The notes under the pieces are model-generated. The model did not search any database and was not told the origin of the DNA. It saw only the letters and a program-made list of their open reading frames with translations. Of a stretch of 64,000 bases of DNA, positions 51,531 to 64,000 are shown piece after piece; positions within the stretch are counted from its first letter, which is position 1, and the number at the start of each line of letters is the position of its first letter. The position numbers were made by a program, and so were the translations under genes. Source of the stretch: Eledone cirrhosa (taxonomy: Eukaryota); contig OZ024762.1 in the NCBI GenBank assembly GCA_964016885.1, positions 6,448,001-6,512,000 on the forward strand, given 5' to 3'.

Positions 51531-51784
51531 ATTGTGGAAGAATGATTCTGCCATGGATTGTGTTAATCAGTATTCTGGAATTTTATAAAAGATTTATTAA
51601 TGAAAAATAATATATCAAACCAGAATAAGATGCCATCTGTGTTTGTATATTTATTTATGTATTTAGTCTGTAATTCTGTAAAATTTACACACACAATGTT
51701 GCTGCAACCATCAAGCATGATAATACATGTGCATTTGTATATATATATTTACATTTTTCTCTGTCTGTAACTCTGTAAAACATA

Positions 51785-51982
51785 CAAGGGTAGGATGAAA
51801 AGTTCATAGACTGACTATGAAGGAGTGATGCTAGAGCTGCGAAATCTTGCATGCATAAATTTCAACTTTTCTTATTAATAACTGCATTGTTTCCTTCCAG
51901 GGACTATATTGAAAAATGAACTTTATTTGGTCATTCTATGAGAGTATCATGGTCAGCTTATGAAGTTTTCAGCTGACCCTCG
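51785..51982. mobile_element. Mariner-type MITE with TA target duplication
   Basis: TA-CAAGGGTAGGATGAAAAGTTCATA ... TATGAAGTTTTCAGCTGACCCTCG-TA terminal inverted repeats. Confidence 0.82.
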
Positions 51983-52377
51983 TACAAACCATGTAATTCC
52001 TATTAGTCATGTTGCTACAATCATCATCCATAATAATACACTATGTGTGTTTGAATGTATATTTGTATATTTCTCTGTAACCGTAAAACTTACACAAAGA
52101 TACACCACACAATGTATTTCCTATCTCAGTCATGTTGTTACAACAAAAAGTTTGATTTCCATCTTTCCAGCTTTCTAGTCACAAGCTCTTGGATTGAAAC
52201 CAACATTTATCTTTGTAAATGGTTATTTCTCCAAAGTTACTCATCATACATTTAATCCTGTATGTTGTTTGCACATATCTGCTAAACATTCTTACTGACA
52301 CTCAGAAGAGAGAGCCCTAGAAATGCTACTATGAGATGTTGATCAATGTTTAGCTGGCATGTTTATTTACATGACTT

Positions 52378-52799
52378 AATAACATCAGCTCAACTTCTAA
52401 CATGGCTCAATGACAACAACTCAACTATTAACATGGTTCAATAACAACAGCTCAACCATGAACACTGCTCCAATAGCAGTTCAACTACTAACATGGTTCA
52501 ATAACAACTCAACTACTTACATAGTTCAATAAAAACAGCTTAACTACTTACAGAGCTCAATAACAACAGACCAACTCTTAACATGATCCAATAACAACAG
52601 CTCAACTATTAACATGATCCAATAACAACAGCTCAACTATTAACATGGTTCAATAACAACAGCTCAACTACTTACACGGTTCAATAACAATGGCTTAACT
52701 ACTAATATGATCTAATAATAACAGCTCAACTACTAATATGGCTCAATAACAACAGCTCAGCTATTAATATGATCCACTAACAACAGCTCAACTACTTAC
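52378..52799. repeat. About 32-bp minisatellite abutting and containing the GOPC splice donor
   Basis: Unit AATAACAACAGCTCAACTAYTWACATGGTTC; the last unit overlaps the exon boundary. Confidence 0.92.
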
Positions 52800-52965
52800 A
52801 TGGCCTGGTGGTACAGGAAGTTTCTTCTTTATATTGTTTCTCCCTCTGCATGCGCGAATGACAGTCTTGTGTCGATGTAGGTGAATCTCAGCTTCCAATT
52901 GGTTCCATAACTTATCATGTTCTGCCCCTTTCATATCCCGGCCCAGAAGTTGGATCTGTTGGATT
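52800..52965 (-). CDS. GOPC: GOPC exon ([55 protein letters not shown])
   Basis: Manual translation nearly identical to the conserved GOPC linker; ttttgtag acceptor, gtaagt donor; 166 bp; absent from the ORF track. Confidence 0.97.
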
Positions 52966-54034
52966 CTACAAAAAAAAGACCAATTAACGGAATGTATGAT
53001 AGCAATTCAAGTTGATAGCATTTGTGTATGTATCTATATTAATACAGAAGACCCGACTTTCCACGGGCACAGGCTGAAACCGAAGCATATATATACAGTA
53101 TGCCCCACCCCACCCTCCCACTGTGTAGGGGTCGTATATGTATCATGACAAAAATCACCCAGCCCACACTGTAAAGTGTCCGTGTAGGTGCCACGACAAA
53201 AAGCACCCAGCACTCACTGTAAATGAGTTTGGTGTTAGGAAGGGCCTCCAACTGTAGAAACCAAGCCAAAATCAGTTCCTGTATGAGCAAGACATGGTCA
53301 CCTGACCTAGCACTGGCCACAACAGGACAACTCGTCTAACCCATGCTAGCGTGGAAAAATGGCCGTAAAACGGTGATGATGATGATATATAGGCACAGAA
53401 ACAAAACACAAAAAGCCCCACAAAACAAACAAAGACACGATGGAGTCGAACTTTAAGACCAGGAAAAAGAGGAGACACAAAACAGATAATCATTGAGAAG
53501 GTCACAGAATGTGTGATGAAAGAACGTTGATAAACAAACGAATAACAAACAATAAAGATAAAGTGAAAATTATATTGCGTATGTGTTTATTTCTATTGGC
53601 CATCGGAAAAAATAATATATATATATATATATCATCATCATCATCATAGGATTGAGATCTCTGGCGATATGCAGTAATACAGAAGACCAGACAACCCATG
53701 GACACAGGTCGAAGCTGAAGCCCTAACCCACCCTCTTATACATCTCCCATGAGGACAGGCCGAAGTAAATGCATCCAGTGAAGCCCCCAGCCCATGCTGT
53801 AAAGTGGTTGTGTAGGTGTCATGACAAAAAGCACGAAGTCCACACTGTAAATTGGTTGTGTAGGTGTCATGACAAAAAGCACCCAGTCCTCACTGTAAAT
53901 GAAGTTGGCATTAGGTAGGGCATCAGTTCTATATGAGCAAGACATGGTCACCTGACCTGGCATTGCTCACAGCAGGACAACTCGTCTAACCCATGCTAGC
54001 GTGGAAGAATTGATGTAAAACAGTGATGATGATG

Positions 54035-54065
<31 letters not shown>

Positions 54066-54684
54066 GACATATATATATATATATATGTGTGTGTGTGTCT
54101 ATATATATACACATATATACACACACACATATATATATAAATATATACATATGCATAAATACACACACATATACACATATATATATATATATATACATAT
54201 TTATAATATAATCACATAATTGAGTTTACAAGATAATTTCACTAACACGTCAACAGAAAAAAACAACACTTACAAATACAACAAAAACAACAAGATCTAC
54301 AAGACAACAATAACAACAAGACATATTTTGCTTAGCCATATTTACATAGATTTCGGAAGATATTCCGGAACAAAATAGATATTTCCCAGATGTTCAAAGG
54401 ATGTGAGGTTACCAGGCTGGAATAAAGTTGTCACTTTGAATTTCCGAGATACATAAATTTCACTCATGCTTCATATATATAAATATATATATATATAAAT
54501 ATATTTACACACATACATACATACAAACCCACACACATATATATATATATATATATATAAACACATGCATATATACATATTTATGTATATATAAACTTAA
54601 GGATGATTTCCCTTTTACTATATATATAAACACATGCATATATACATATTTATGTATATATAAATTTAAGGATGATTTCCCTTT

Positions 54685-54723
<39 letters not shown>

Positions 54724-55326
54724 AATATGTGTTTACATATGGTAGAGGGGGATGGGAAATTGGTCAAAATCTGTGAAAGTACATGTTTATAGAGAAACTC
54801 AAACAATATTTTCCCTTCTCATTGAATATATATTGTTTTCCAGGATCACCGTTCCTACCACGACCATCCCCACCTACCAAACATGTTGTTAGGTCAGTTC
54901 AGTGCTGACTATATACAGATGTTGAGGAGAGAGAGAGAGAGAGAGAGACAGGGAGATAGAGGAGAAAGGGACATATATATATACATACATATATATATAA
55001 ATATACACACATATATATATAAATACATATATATACATATATATATATATATATAGAGAGAGATGTTTTGCTTGCTAGCAACACAAAGAAGTAGCAATGT
55101 TTATACATTTGGTATTAGCTGTTGTTGGAGGTAAGCCAGGCGAGGAAGAGGAAGAGTTGGGAAGTACATCTTGTTTAGGACGTATTACTATGGAAAGAGA
55201 GGGGGGGGGGGAGGAGGGAGATATATTACCATGAAATGAGAGAGAGAGAAAGAGATATTACTATGAAATGAGAGAGAGAGAGAGATTACTATGAAATGAG
55301 GGGAGAGAGAGAGAGATATTACTATG

Positions 55327-55375
<49 letters not shown>

Positions 55376-55826
55376 CTATGAAATAGATTGTTCCAAACAA
55401 AATAAATTAACGCATTTTTTATAAGATAAAAACTTTATCAAACAGCTTTTGTTGACATTTACAAAAGCCAATGTTTTACAAATTTTTTACAACACGATTG
55501 AATGACTGAATAAGAAAAAACAACAAAAGGTTTTAAAAACCCTTTTGGTATCAAAAACAGCTTGAAATTACAACGGGGGTTTTTAACCCTCTGAAACTGC
55601 CACGAGTTCTATGATAAGAGAAAACTGTTTTAACACTTTTGATACCCAAAACTGCTTGAAACCTCCCCTGGTTTTATGTTAGAAATACCTGGTGTTTTAA
55701 TCCTTCTCTTTTGATACCCCCAAACCACCTGAAACTTCCCTTGGTTTTATGACAACAGTTAACCTTTTTGATATCAAAAACTGCATAAAATCTTCCTTGG
55801 TTCTATGTTAAAAATACCTTGTGCCT

Positions 55827-56126
55827 TAACCCTTTAGCATTCATATTACTCTATATATACTATTATATTTTCCTGGTAAAGGCTTTACCTTACATAATTA
55901 TCTCACATAACATTCATATTACTCTATATATACTATTATATTTTCATGGTAAAGGCTTTATCTCACATTATTATCTCACATAATATCGAATCTATGAGAT
56001 TTTGAAAGTATTTATTTTGAGGACAATACCTTAACATCAGTTTGAGTGACCAATTACAGCCAGTTTCAACAGAAAGAGGTAGAGAATTCTGGCCAGTTTT
56101 GGCCGGTTTGAACATTAAAGGGTTAA
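55827..56126. mobile_element. piggyBac-like MITE
   Basis: TTAA-CCCTTTAGCATTCA ... TGAACATTAAAGGG-TTAA. Confidence 0.7.
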
Positions 56127-56699
56127 ATTCTGGTTTTTGATATCAAAAACTGTCTAAAATCTTCCCTGATTCTAAGATAAAAATCATTCTGGTTTGAACC
56201 CTTTTAATGCTTGAAATAACTTCATGAAACCCCCTCTGGTTCTACAATTAGAATTCTTGTTTTAAACTGTCAGAAACTGTCAAATGCCGTCAGAAATCAC
56301 CCCTGGTTCTATGATAGAAAAATATTTGTTTGAAAGTGTGCATATTTATCTAACAACCTTCCATCATAATTTTATGTAAGAAACTAGGAGGCCAGCTAAG
56401 CCTGCATAGGTGTGAGCTGTAACAACAACAATAACAACAGACACACGTATGCACACACATACACATATGATAAGACTGGGGACTCTATCATTAGAAAACC
56501 TGAGAAACCTGGGATATACAACCATGGGTTTGAGCTATAACAACAATACATAAAATACCCCTACATGATCCCCCTCTCACACATGGGTGGCATCAACTTA
56601 ACTTATTAGCCCTGCCAAGGATTTACATTCCTTTCTGCATATGCTACAGAGATGAACATTACTTCCACTTCAGTTCCCTGTTTTGTTTCAGTGAGTTTT

Positions 56700-57300
56700 T
56701 AAATGATGATAAGGTCCACCAGCTGAGGTACATTGTTTTCCATACAGGAAGAAATGCCAAAGAGACCATAATCGGCAACATTTTGTCCATGGCTGAAATG
56801 ATGACTTCTAAGGCCAACTTTACTGAGGTAAATCTGGCTACACACATTGCATATAGAGTCATTTTGAGCATCTGAAAATCCAGGTAAAGTAATACATACA
56901 AACACACACAGTCTCACACACACACATACGTACACACAGACACATTACACATACCTACACACATATGGTGGCTGCCAACTCGTTTTCGAGTACGGCCACT
57001 ACTTTATATCCATGTAGGAGAACCCCTACCGATGCACTGAACGAGTGTGACTTTTTAGTCCAGCCAGCGACTTGAAAACTCTGGTACAAACACTACACCT
57101 GTGACAATTATTGACACAGTGCTGGGCCCATGGTACCATGTGATGACAAGTGCAGAGAGATCTCCAGATATAAAGCAATGCTTGTGCCATGAAGCTTTTA
57201 TAGTCAGCAAAGGCACTGCACAAAGCCAGTCCCACTCTCTTAACCAAGATGATATTTACCAAAAAGAAGAACAAGTCAACATCATTGGATACCATCAGGG
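56700..57300 (-). mobile_element. Two LINE 3'-end fragments with a terminal C2H2 finger
   Basis: CNVCSQIYLSKVGLRSH and CSVCTRVFKSLAGLKSH, typical of RTE-like ORF C-termini. Confidence 0.55.
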
Positions 57301-57919
57301 TTGCAGGTGTTATATCAGAGTTTTCCTTCTCCTAGAATTCTGCCTTGACAAAGGCTAAGGGGTCATCTCTCCCGGTGATTTTGGATGGCCATTGACTCTT
57401 AAGAGCTCCTTTGCCCTATGACAGGCTTTGTTTTTAGTCCTGCAGGATGTCCAAAGTCACCCTCCTCACCAAGAAACCTTGGTGGGGTTGCCAGTTTAGT
57501 CGCCAACGACCCGACCATGAGACAGGTTGTACTGGGATACAAGTTACACACACATACATACATACATACATGAATGATGTACATATAGAAGACTTGTTGG
57601 CTGGGATACATGTTACACACACTGGGATACTTGTACTGGGATACATGTTACACACACATACATACATACATACATACATACATACACACATACATACATA
57701 CATACATCCATACATACACATGATAGAACTGGGATCCTTATTAAAACACACAATAAAGCTCTATTGAGATACATCTATACAGAAGTCTATAGGTGTGGCA
57801 GTAAATTTAAATGTTTTCCCACATTGACCAACTAACTGGATGCTCACCAGTGCAATCTACTACAGTAGATAACTACAGTTAATGATGTTAAGGTCCACCA
57901 GCTGAGGTACATTGTTTTC

Positions 57920-57934
57920 CATACATATATATAC

Positions 57935-57967
<33 letters not shown>

Positions 57968-57984
57968 CATAGATATATATATAC

Positions 57985-58041
<57 letters not shown>

Positions 58042-58110
58042 CACATATGTATATATATGTGTATTTATATATATGTGTGTATATATATATATGTGTATAT
58101 ACATATATAC

Positions 58111-58175
<65 letters not shown>

Positions 58176-58862
58176 TATATACATGTGTGTAAATGTCTAT
58201 GTAACATGTAATTGAGAGTAAGGAAAATATTTGTTTAATATAACATGACTGGAAACATTCACTCAAGCACACATACACACACACATACATACACACATAC
58301 ATACATACATACACACACATACATACACACATACATACATACATACATACACACACGTAGATACATACACATACATGCATATACACACATACACACACAT
58401 ACATACATACATACATACACACACATAGATACATACACACACATACATACATACATACACATACATACACACACGTAGATACATACACATACATACATGC
58501 ATATACACACATACATACACTCATACATACACACACACACATACATACACACACACGCATACAAAAACACACACATACATAGATGCACCCACACATACAC
58601 ACACACACATACATACGCCCATACACATATATACAAGCACACATACACACACACATACATACACACATACATGCACACACACATGGTGGTGATGGTAATG
58701 GATATAGTGGTGGTAGTGTTGATGGCCACACTGCTACGTGTGGTGGCAGAAGTGGTGGTCATGTGGAATGTCTTTCGCTATATACTTCAAGTAGCAATGT
58801 TTACTCTGGTATCACCAAGAAGAAGAGTTAAAGATCTACTCAGGTACAAACTATAGGAACCA

Positions 58863-58951
<89 letters not shown>

Positions 58952-59342
58952 TAGTAATAATAATAAACGTGGTTTTGTCTTTGCGTGTAATTGTTCTTAA
59001 CGCTCCACATAATGATGTATTATCTTCGCTATTTTCAATTCATTGCCAGGGAACGTCTTCATGAACCAAAGTATCATCTTGTTTTCCTTCGGTTGCAACG
59101 TTTTTCGAAATATTTACTTCTGCGTTCACAGATTGAATTTTTTTAGTTTCAGAAGATCCCGTTAAGGGTGAAAGCACATATACATACATATATATATAAA
59201 TACATACATATATATATATAAATACATACATATATATAAATACATACATATATATATATATATAAATACATACACGTACATATATATACATATATATAAA
59301 TACATACACGTACATATATATACATACATACATATATATATG

Positions 59343-59374
<32 letters not shown>

Positions 59375-59424
59375 ACATACATATATATATATATATACAC
59401 ATATATATATACATATATATACAC

Positions 59425-59462
<38 letters not shown>

Positions 59463-59470
59463 ATATATAC

Positions 59471-59519
<49 letters not shown>

Positions 59520-59813
59520 TATATATATACACATATATATATATATACACATATATATAGATACATACATATATACATACATATATACATACATATATAC
59601 ATACATATATACATACACACATATATATATACATACATATATATATATACATACATACATATACATATATATACACATATATATATACACACACACACAT
59701 ATATATATATATACACACACATCTACATACGTCATCATCATTTTACGTCCGCTTTTCCCTGCTTGCCAGGGTGCGACATATATATATACATACATATATA
59801 TACATATACACAC

Positions 59814-59880
<67 letters not shown>
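57920..59880. repeat. Cluster of TA/CA/CT/TG microsatellites
   Basis: Direct inspection. Confidence 0.92.
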
Positions 59881-60004
59881 CTATGGTAGATAAGTGTAAT
59901 GTTATATAGTTATACAGCAGCAACAAAGAAGACGAAGAAATGAGTTTAGACTAGAAAGTACAATCTCAGTGATCAGATGAGAAAATATAATTTACTATAC
60001 GTAA

Positions 60005-60236
60005 TAAATACTACTACTACCGCTACCATAACTACAACTACTGCTACTACTACTACTACCACTACCATAACTACAACTACTGCTACTACTACTACTACCA
60101 CTACCATAACTACAACTACTGCTACTACCACTATCATAAATACTGCTACTACTACTACTACCACTACCATTACTACTACTACCACTACTACTACTACCAC
60201 TATCATAAATACAGCTACTACTATTACCACTACCAT

Positions 60237-60269
<33 letters not shown>

Positions 60270-60693
60270 CACTATCATAAATACTGCTACTACTACTACC
60301 ACTACCATAACTACTGTTACTACTACTACTACCACTACCACTATCATAAATACTACTACTACCACTACCATAACTACTGCTGCTGCTACTACCACTACCA
60401 CCACCACCATAACTACTACTGTTGCTACTACTACTGCTACTACCACTGCCATAACTACCACTACCACTACCATAACTACTGCTGCTGCTACTACTACTAC
60501 CACTACCACTATCATAAATACTACTACCATTACCATAACTACTGCTGCTGTTACTACCACTACCACCACCACCACGACCATAACTGCTACTGTTGCTACT
60601 ACTACTGCTACTACCACTACCATAAATACTACTACTACCACTTCCACAACTACTACCACTACCATAACTACTATTACTACCACTACCACCATA

Positions 60694-60724
<31 letters not shown>

Positions 60725-60830
60725 ACACCTCCGTTGCCGTCACCACCAGCACCACCACTATAATTACTGCCACTACCCCTACCCCTATAATTACCACCAC
60801 TGCTGCTGTGACTGTTGTTGTTGTTGTTGG
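60005..60830. repeat. (ACT/ACC)n trinucleotide tract
   Basis: Source of the poly-T/V/S ORFs open in several frames. Confidence 0.95.
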
Positions 60831-60896
60831 TACCACATCCTTGTTCTAAGGCAGGCATGGGGGGCAACCTTATTCGAGCAGTGGGCCACATAGGAT

Positions 60897-61347
60897 GTGG
60901 CACATCATAAGGTGGGTAACATAAGAAGTGGCACATCATAAGGTGGGTAACATAAGAAGTGGCACATCATAAGGTGGGTAACATAAGAAGTGGCACATCA
61001 TAAGGTGGGTAACATAAGAAGTGGCACATCATAAGGTGGGTAACATAAGAAGTGGCACATCATAAGGTGGGTAACATAAGAAGTGGCACATCATAAGGTG
61101 GGTAACATAAGAAGTGGCACATCATAAGGTGGGTAACATAAGAAGTGGCACATCATAAGGTGGGTCACATAAGAAGTGGCACATCATAAGGTGGGTAACA
61201 TAAGAAGTGGCACATCATAAGGTGGGTCACATAAGAAGTGGCACATCATAAGGTGGGTCACATAAGAAGTGGCACATCATAAGGTGGGTAACATAAGAAG
61301 TGGCACATCATAAGGTGGGTAACATAAGAAGTGGCACATCATAAGGT
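60897..61347. repeat. 31-bp minisatellite, about 14.5 copies
   Basis: GTGGCACATCATAAGGTGGGTAACATAAGAA. Confidence 0.97.
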
Positions 61348-61860
61348 TAACTTTACCTTTCATCCTTACGGGGTCAATAAAATAAAGTACCAGTAATACA
61401 CTGGGATAATTGCTGGCCTTGTGCCAAAAGTAGAAACAATTATTATTAGGGCAGTCTATCGGTAGAGCATCAGACAACATGCTTTGCAGCATAGAGTTAC
61501 AGCCCTTTACATTCTGAGTTCAAATCCTGCTGATATTAACTTTGCATTTCATCTTTACGGGGTCGATAAAATAAAGTACCAGTAACGTACTGGGGTCGAT
61601 TTAATCGACATTTCCACACCTCAAAAACCGTTGGCTTTGTGCCTAAATCAGAAACGATTATTTTAGAGTCTTGCTGCTACTATTGTTGTTGTTGGTACCA
61701 CATCATTATTCTAATCTTTTGTCTTTTAGCCAGCATCTACCAAAAAAGAAGGCCTCTTTCCCCCTTCTCTTGTTTCGTTGCTAAAGTTGGCATCACTACA
61801 GAACTATTTACTAGAGGTTTTTGAAGTTCATCAATAAGCCTATATTATTAAAACCCTTTC

Positions 61861-62335
61861 ATGAAAGACACTGCCTATGTTTTAACCCTTTCATTACCAT
61901 ATTTCCAATGAAAGACACTGCCTATGTTTAATCCTTTCATTACCATATTTCTAATGAAAGACACTGCCTATGTTTTAACCCTTTCATTACCATATTTCCA
62001 ATGAAAGACACTGCCTATGTTTAATCCTTTCATTACCATATTTCTAATGAAAGACACTGCCTATGTTTTAACCCTTTCATTACCATATTTCTAATGAAAG
62101 ACACTGCCTATGTTTAACCCTTTCATTACCATATTTCTAATGAAAGACACTGCCTATGTTTAACCCTTTCATTACCATATTTCTAATTAAAGACACTGCC
62201 TATGTTTAACCCCTTCATTACCATATTTCTAATGAAAGACACTGCCTATGTTTAACCCTTTCATTACCATATTTCTAATGAAAGACACTGCTTATGTTTA
62301 ACCCCTTCATTACCATATTTCTAATGAAAGACATT
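61861..62335. repeat. 44-45-bp tandem array, about 11 copies, reverse complement of the 42996 array
   Basis: TTTAACCCTTTCATTACCATATTTCTAATGAAAGACACTGCCTATG. Confidence 0.97.
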
Positions 62336-63594
62336 GTGATTTTCAAATCATTTGGAAAATAATGAGCAATTTGGAGGAATTTAGTAAAATAATACATTTC
62401 TTATTATTAATCAATTGTTTGGAATGTCACTTACCAAAGGTTCAAACATAAAATTATTATGGAAGATGAATATAAATACTTCAAAATAAACAGCTTTATA
62501 TAATAGAATCAGAGGTGTTTGGAACATAGCTTAACACAGGTTATTATATAAAATTATGATGGAATTTTTTAGATAAATATAAACACTTTAAACCTTTTGT
62601 TACCATATTTGTAAAGAAAGACACTGTCTAAGATTTTTAAATAATAAAAAAAATAATAAAGTATTTAAAGGGATTTAGTAACATAACTAAATTTCTTATT
62701 AATAACAAAGTTTCTTAGATAAATGGTGATAGGAAGGGCATCTTGCTGTAGAAAACTTGCCAAACAAAGGGTTGGGAAAACTCTTCAGACATGCCAAGGA
62801 CATGACAACTTTCCTAGTGTGGGTGCTAAAATAAAATGAACATGGTAGGGGACAAGATCGTATGTGGGGGCCCACTGGATCACCTGGAAGTCAAAGGCTC
62901 TGTCTGAGTACTGGTTGTCCAATCTTAGCCAGCTAGGAAAATGGATATTAAACAACAATAAAGATGATGATGATATGTGTTAAACAAACAGCTTTGTATA
63001 GTAGTGGACAGTTATAGGCAGTTTCATATCAAAAGGGTTAATGGTAACTATTTGTCTAATAATGTTCTGCCTTGCTACCTTTATTGGTTCTTCATTGTTA
63101 TTCTAATCTTTTGTCTTTTAGCCAGCATCTACAAAAAAAGAAGTCCTCTTTCCTTTTCTTGTTTCGTTGCTAAAGTTGGCATCAGTACAGAACTATTTAC
63201 TGATGGTTTTTGAAGTTCATCAACAATCCTATATCATTGAAACCCTTTTGTATTTTTGGTGTATTTTGTTTCTTCTTCTTCTTCTTCTTCTTCTTCTTCT
63301 TCACCTCCACTTATTCCTGGGAAGGTTGAGGGGGGAAAAGGCTTCAGACACACCTTCCAGAATGTCTTATTGGAAGCAACTGTCTCTACATAATCCAGCT
63401 GGATCCCCAAGCAAATCAACCAAGCTCATGGATGCTATCCAATCATCTTGCTTGTGGTCTACCTCTGGGTCTCCCGCCGGTTAGTTTTGCTCATAAAATC
63501 TGTCCTGCAATTCTTTCCTTAGACATTCTAACTACATATCCATAGTAGCAGAGCTGTGATTTCTAGAGTTGGTGAAGTTGCAGTTCTACCTGGA

Positions 63595-63850
63595 GTGACT
63601 CTCTGATCAAACATGAGGAAACTATTGGAAGAGATGGGGCAATGGGTGGCACTTGTTGTGACTCTCTGATCAAACATGAGGAAACTATTGGAAGAGATGG
63701 GGCAATGGGTGGCACTTGTTGTGACTCTCTGATCAAACATGAGGAAACTATTGGAAGAGATGGGGCAATGGGTGGCACTTGTTGTGACTCTCTGATCAAA
63801 CATGAGGAAACTATTGGAAGAGATGGGGGCAATGGGTGGCACTTGTTGGT
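63595..63850. repeat. 63-bp tandem repeat, 4 copies
   Basis: GTGACTCTCTGATCAAACATGAGGAAACTATTGGAAGAGATGGGGCAATGGGTGGCACTTGTT. Confidence 0.96.
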
Positions 63851-64000
63851 TCTCAGAGAAACACTTGCAACCTAGCAAAGTAGATATGATGAGACAAGTA
63901 AAGGTCACCCCTAAAAAAAGCTTAGACTTCATGGATCTGAGAAAAACTGCAGAATGGTCAGACTGAATAAAAACAATCATATCACACCATTCTTCATGCA

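Noticed and set aside
56965-57005. Minus-strand VVAVLENELAA resembling the missing GOPC YLDKELAG exon
   Set aside because: No upstream coiled-coil motif (AEVYGARLAAK) and no donor at the expected phase-2 position
59973-60939. Mucin-like poly-Thr ORF of 290 aa and antisense poly-Val/Ser ORFs
   Set aside because: Trinucleotide microsatellite open in several frames; no signal peptide or splice evidence
60897-61347. CRISPR-like regular 31-bp repeats (also the 39-, 44-, 57- and 62-bp arrays)
   Set aside because: Units are contiguous with no unique spacers, there are no cas genes, and the context is eukaryotic

Overview
Eukaryotic, AT-rich, repeat-dense genomic DNA, most likely from an octopod cephalopod (inferred from SINE families and microsatellite load, not from a database search). 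Two spliced genes lie on the minus strand. The first is an MTCH2-like mitochondrial carrier homolog: ATG at 15190, nine coding exons traced down to 574 with consistent GT-AG phases, 3' exons off the left edge. The second is the 3' half of GOPC/PIST (Golgi PDZ and coiled-coil protein): six exons from 52965 to the TGA at 33448, with 5' exons not found and probably beyond 64000. The rest is transposon debris (RTE LINEs, Penelope-like, CRE-like, Helitron, mariner, piggyBac-like and hAT-like MITEs, three SINE families) plus many mini- and microsatellites, which explain nearly all the long ORFs in the ORF track. There is no CRISPR array or prokaryote-type system, and I cannot support a wholly new biological system. 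The best leads are a near-canonical Penelope-type minimal hammerhead ribozyme (about 24940) plus three degenerate ones, five near-perfect fold-back hairpins (candidate ADAR substrates), a minisatellite built from a GOPC splice donor, an AATAAA array just after the GOPC stop codon, and repeated tandem amplification of a piggyBac-like terminus.
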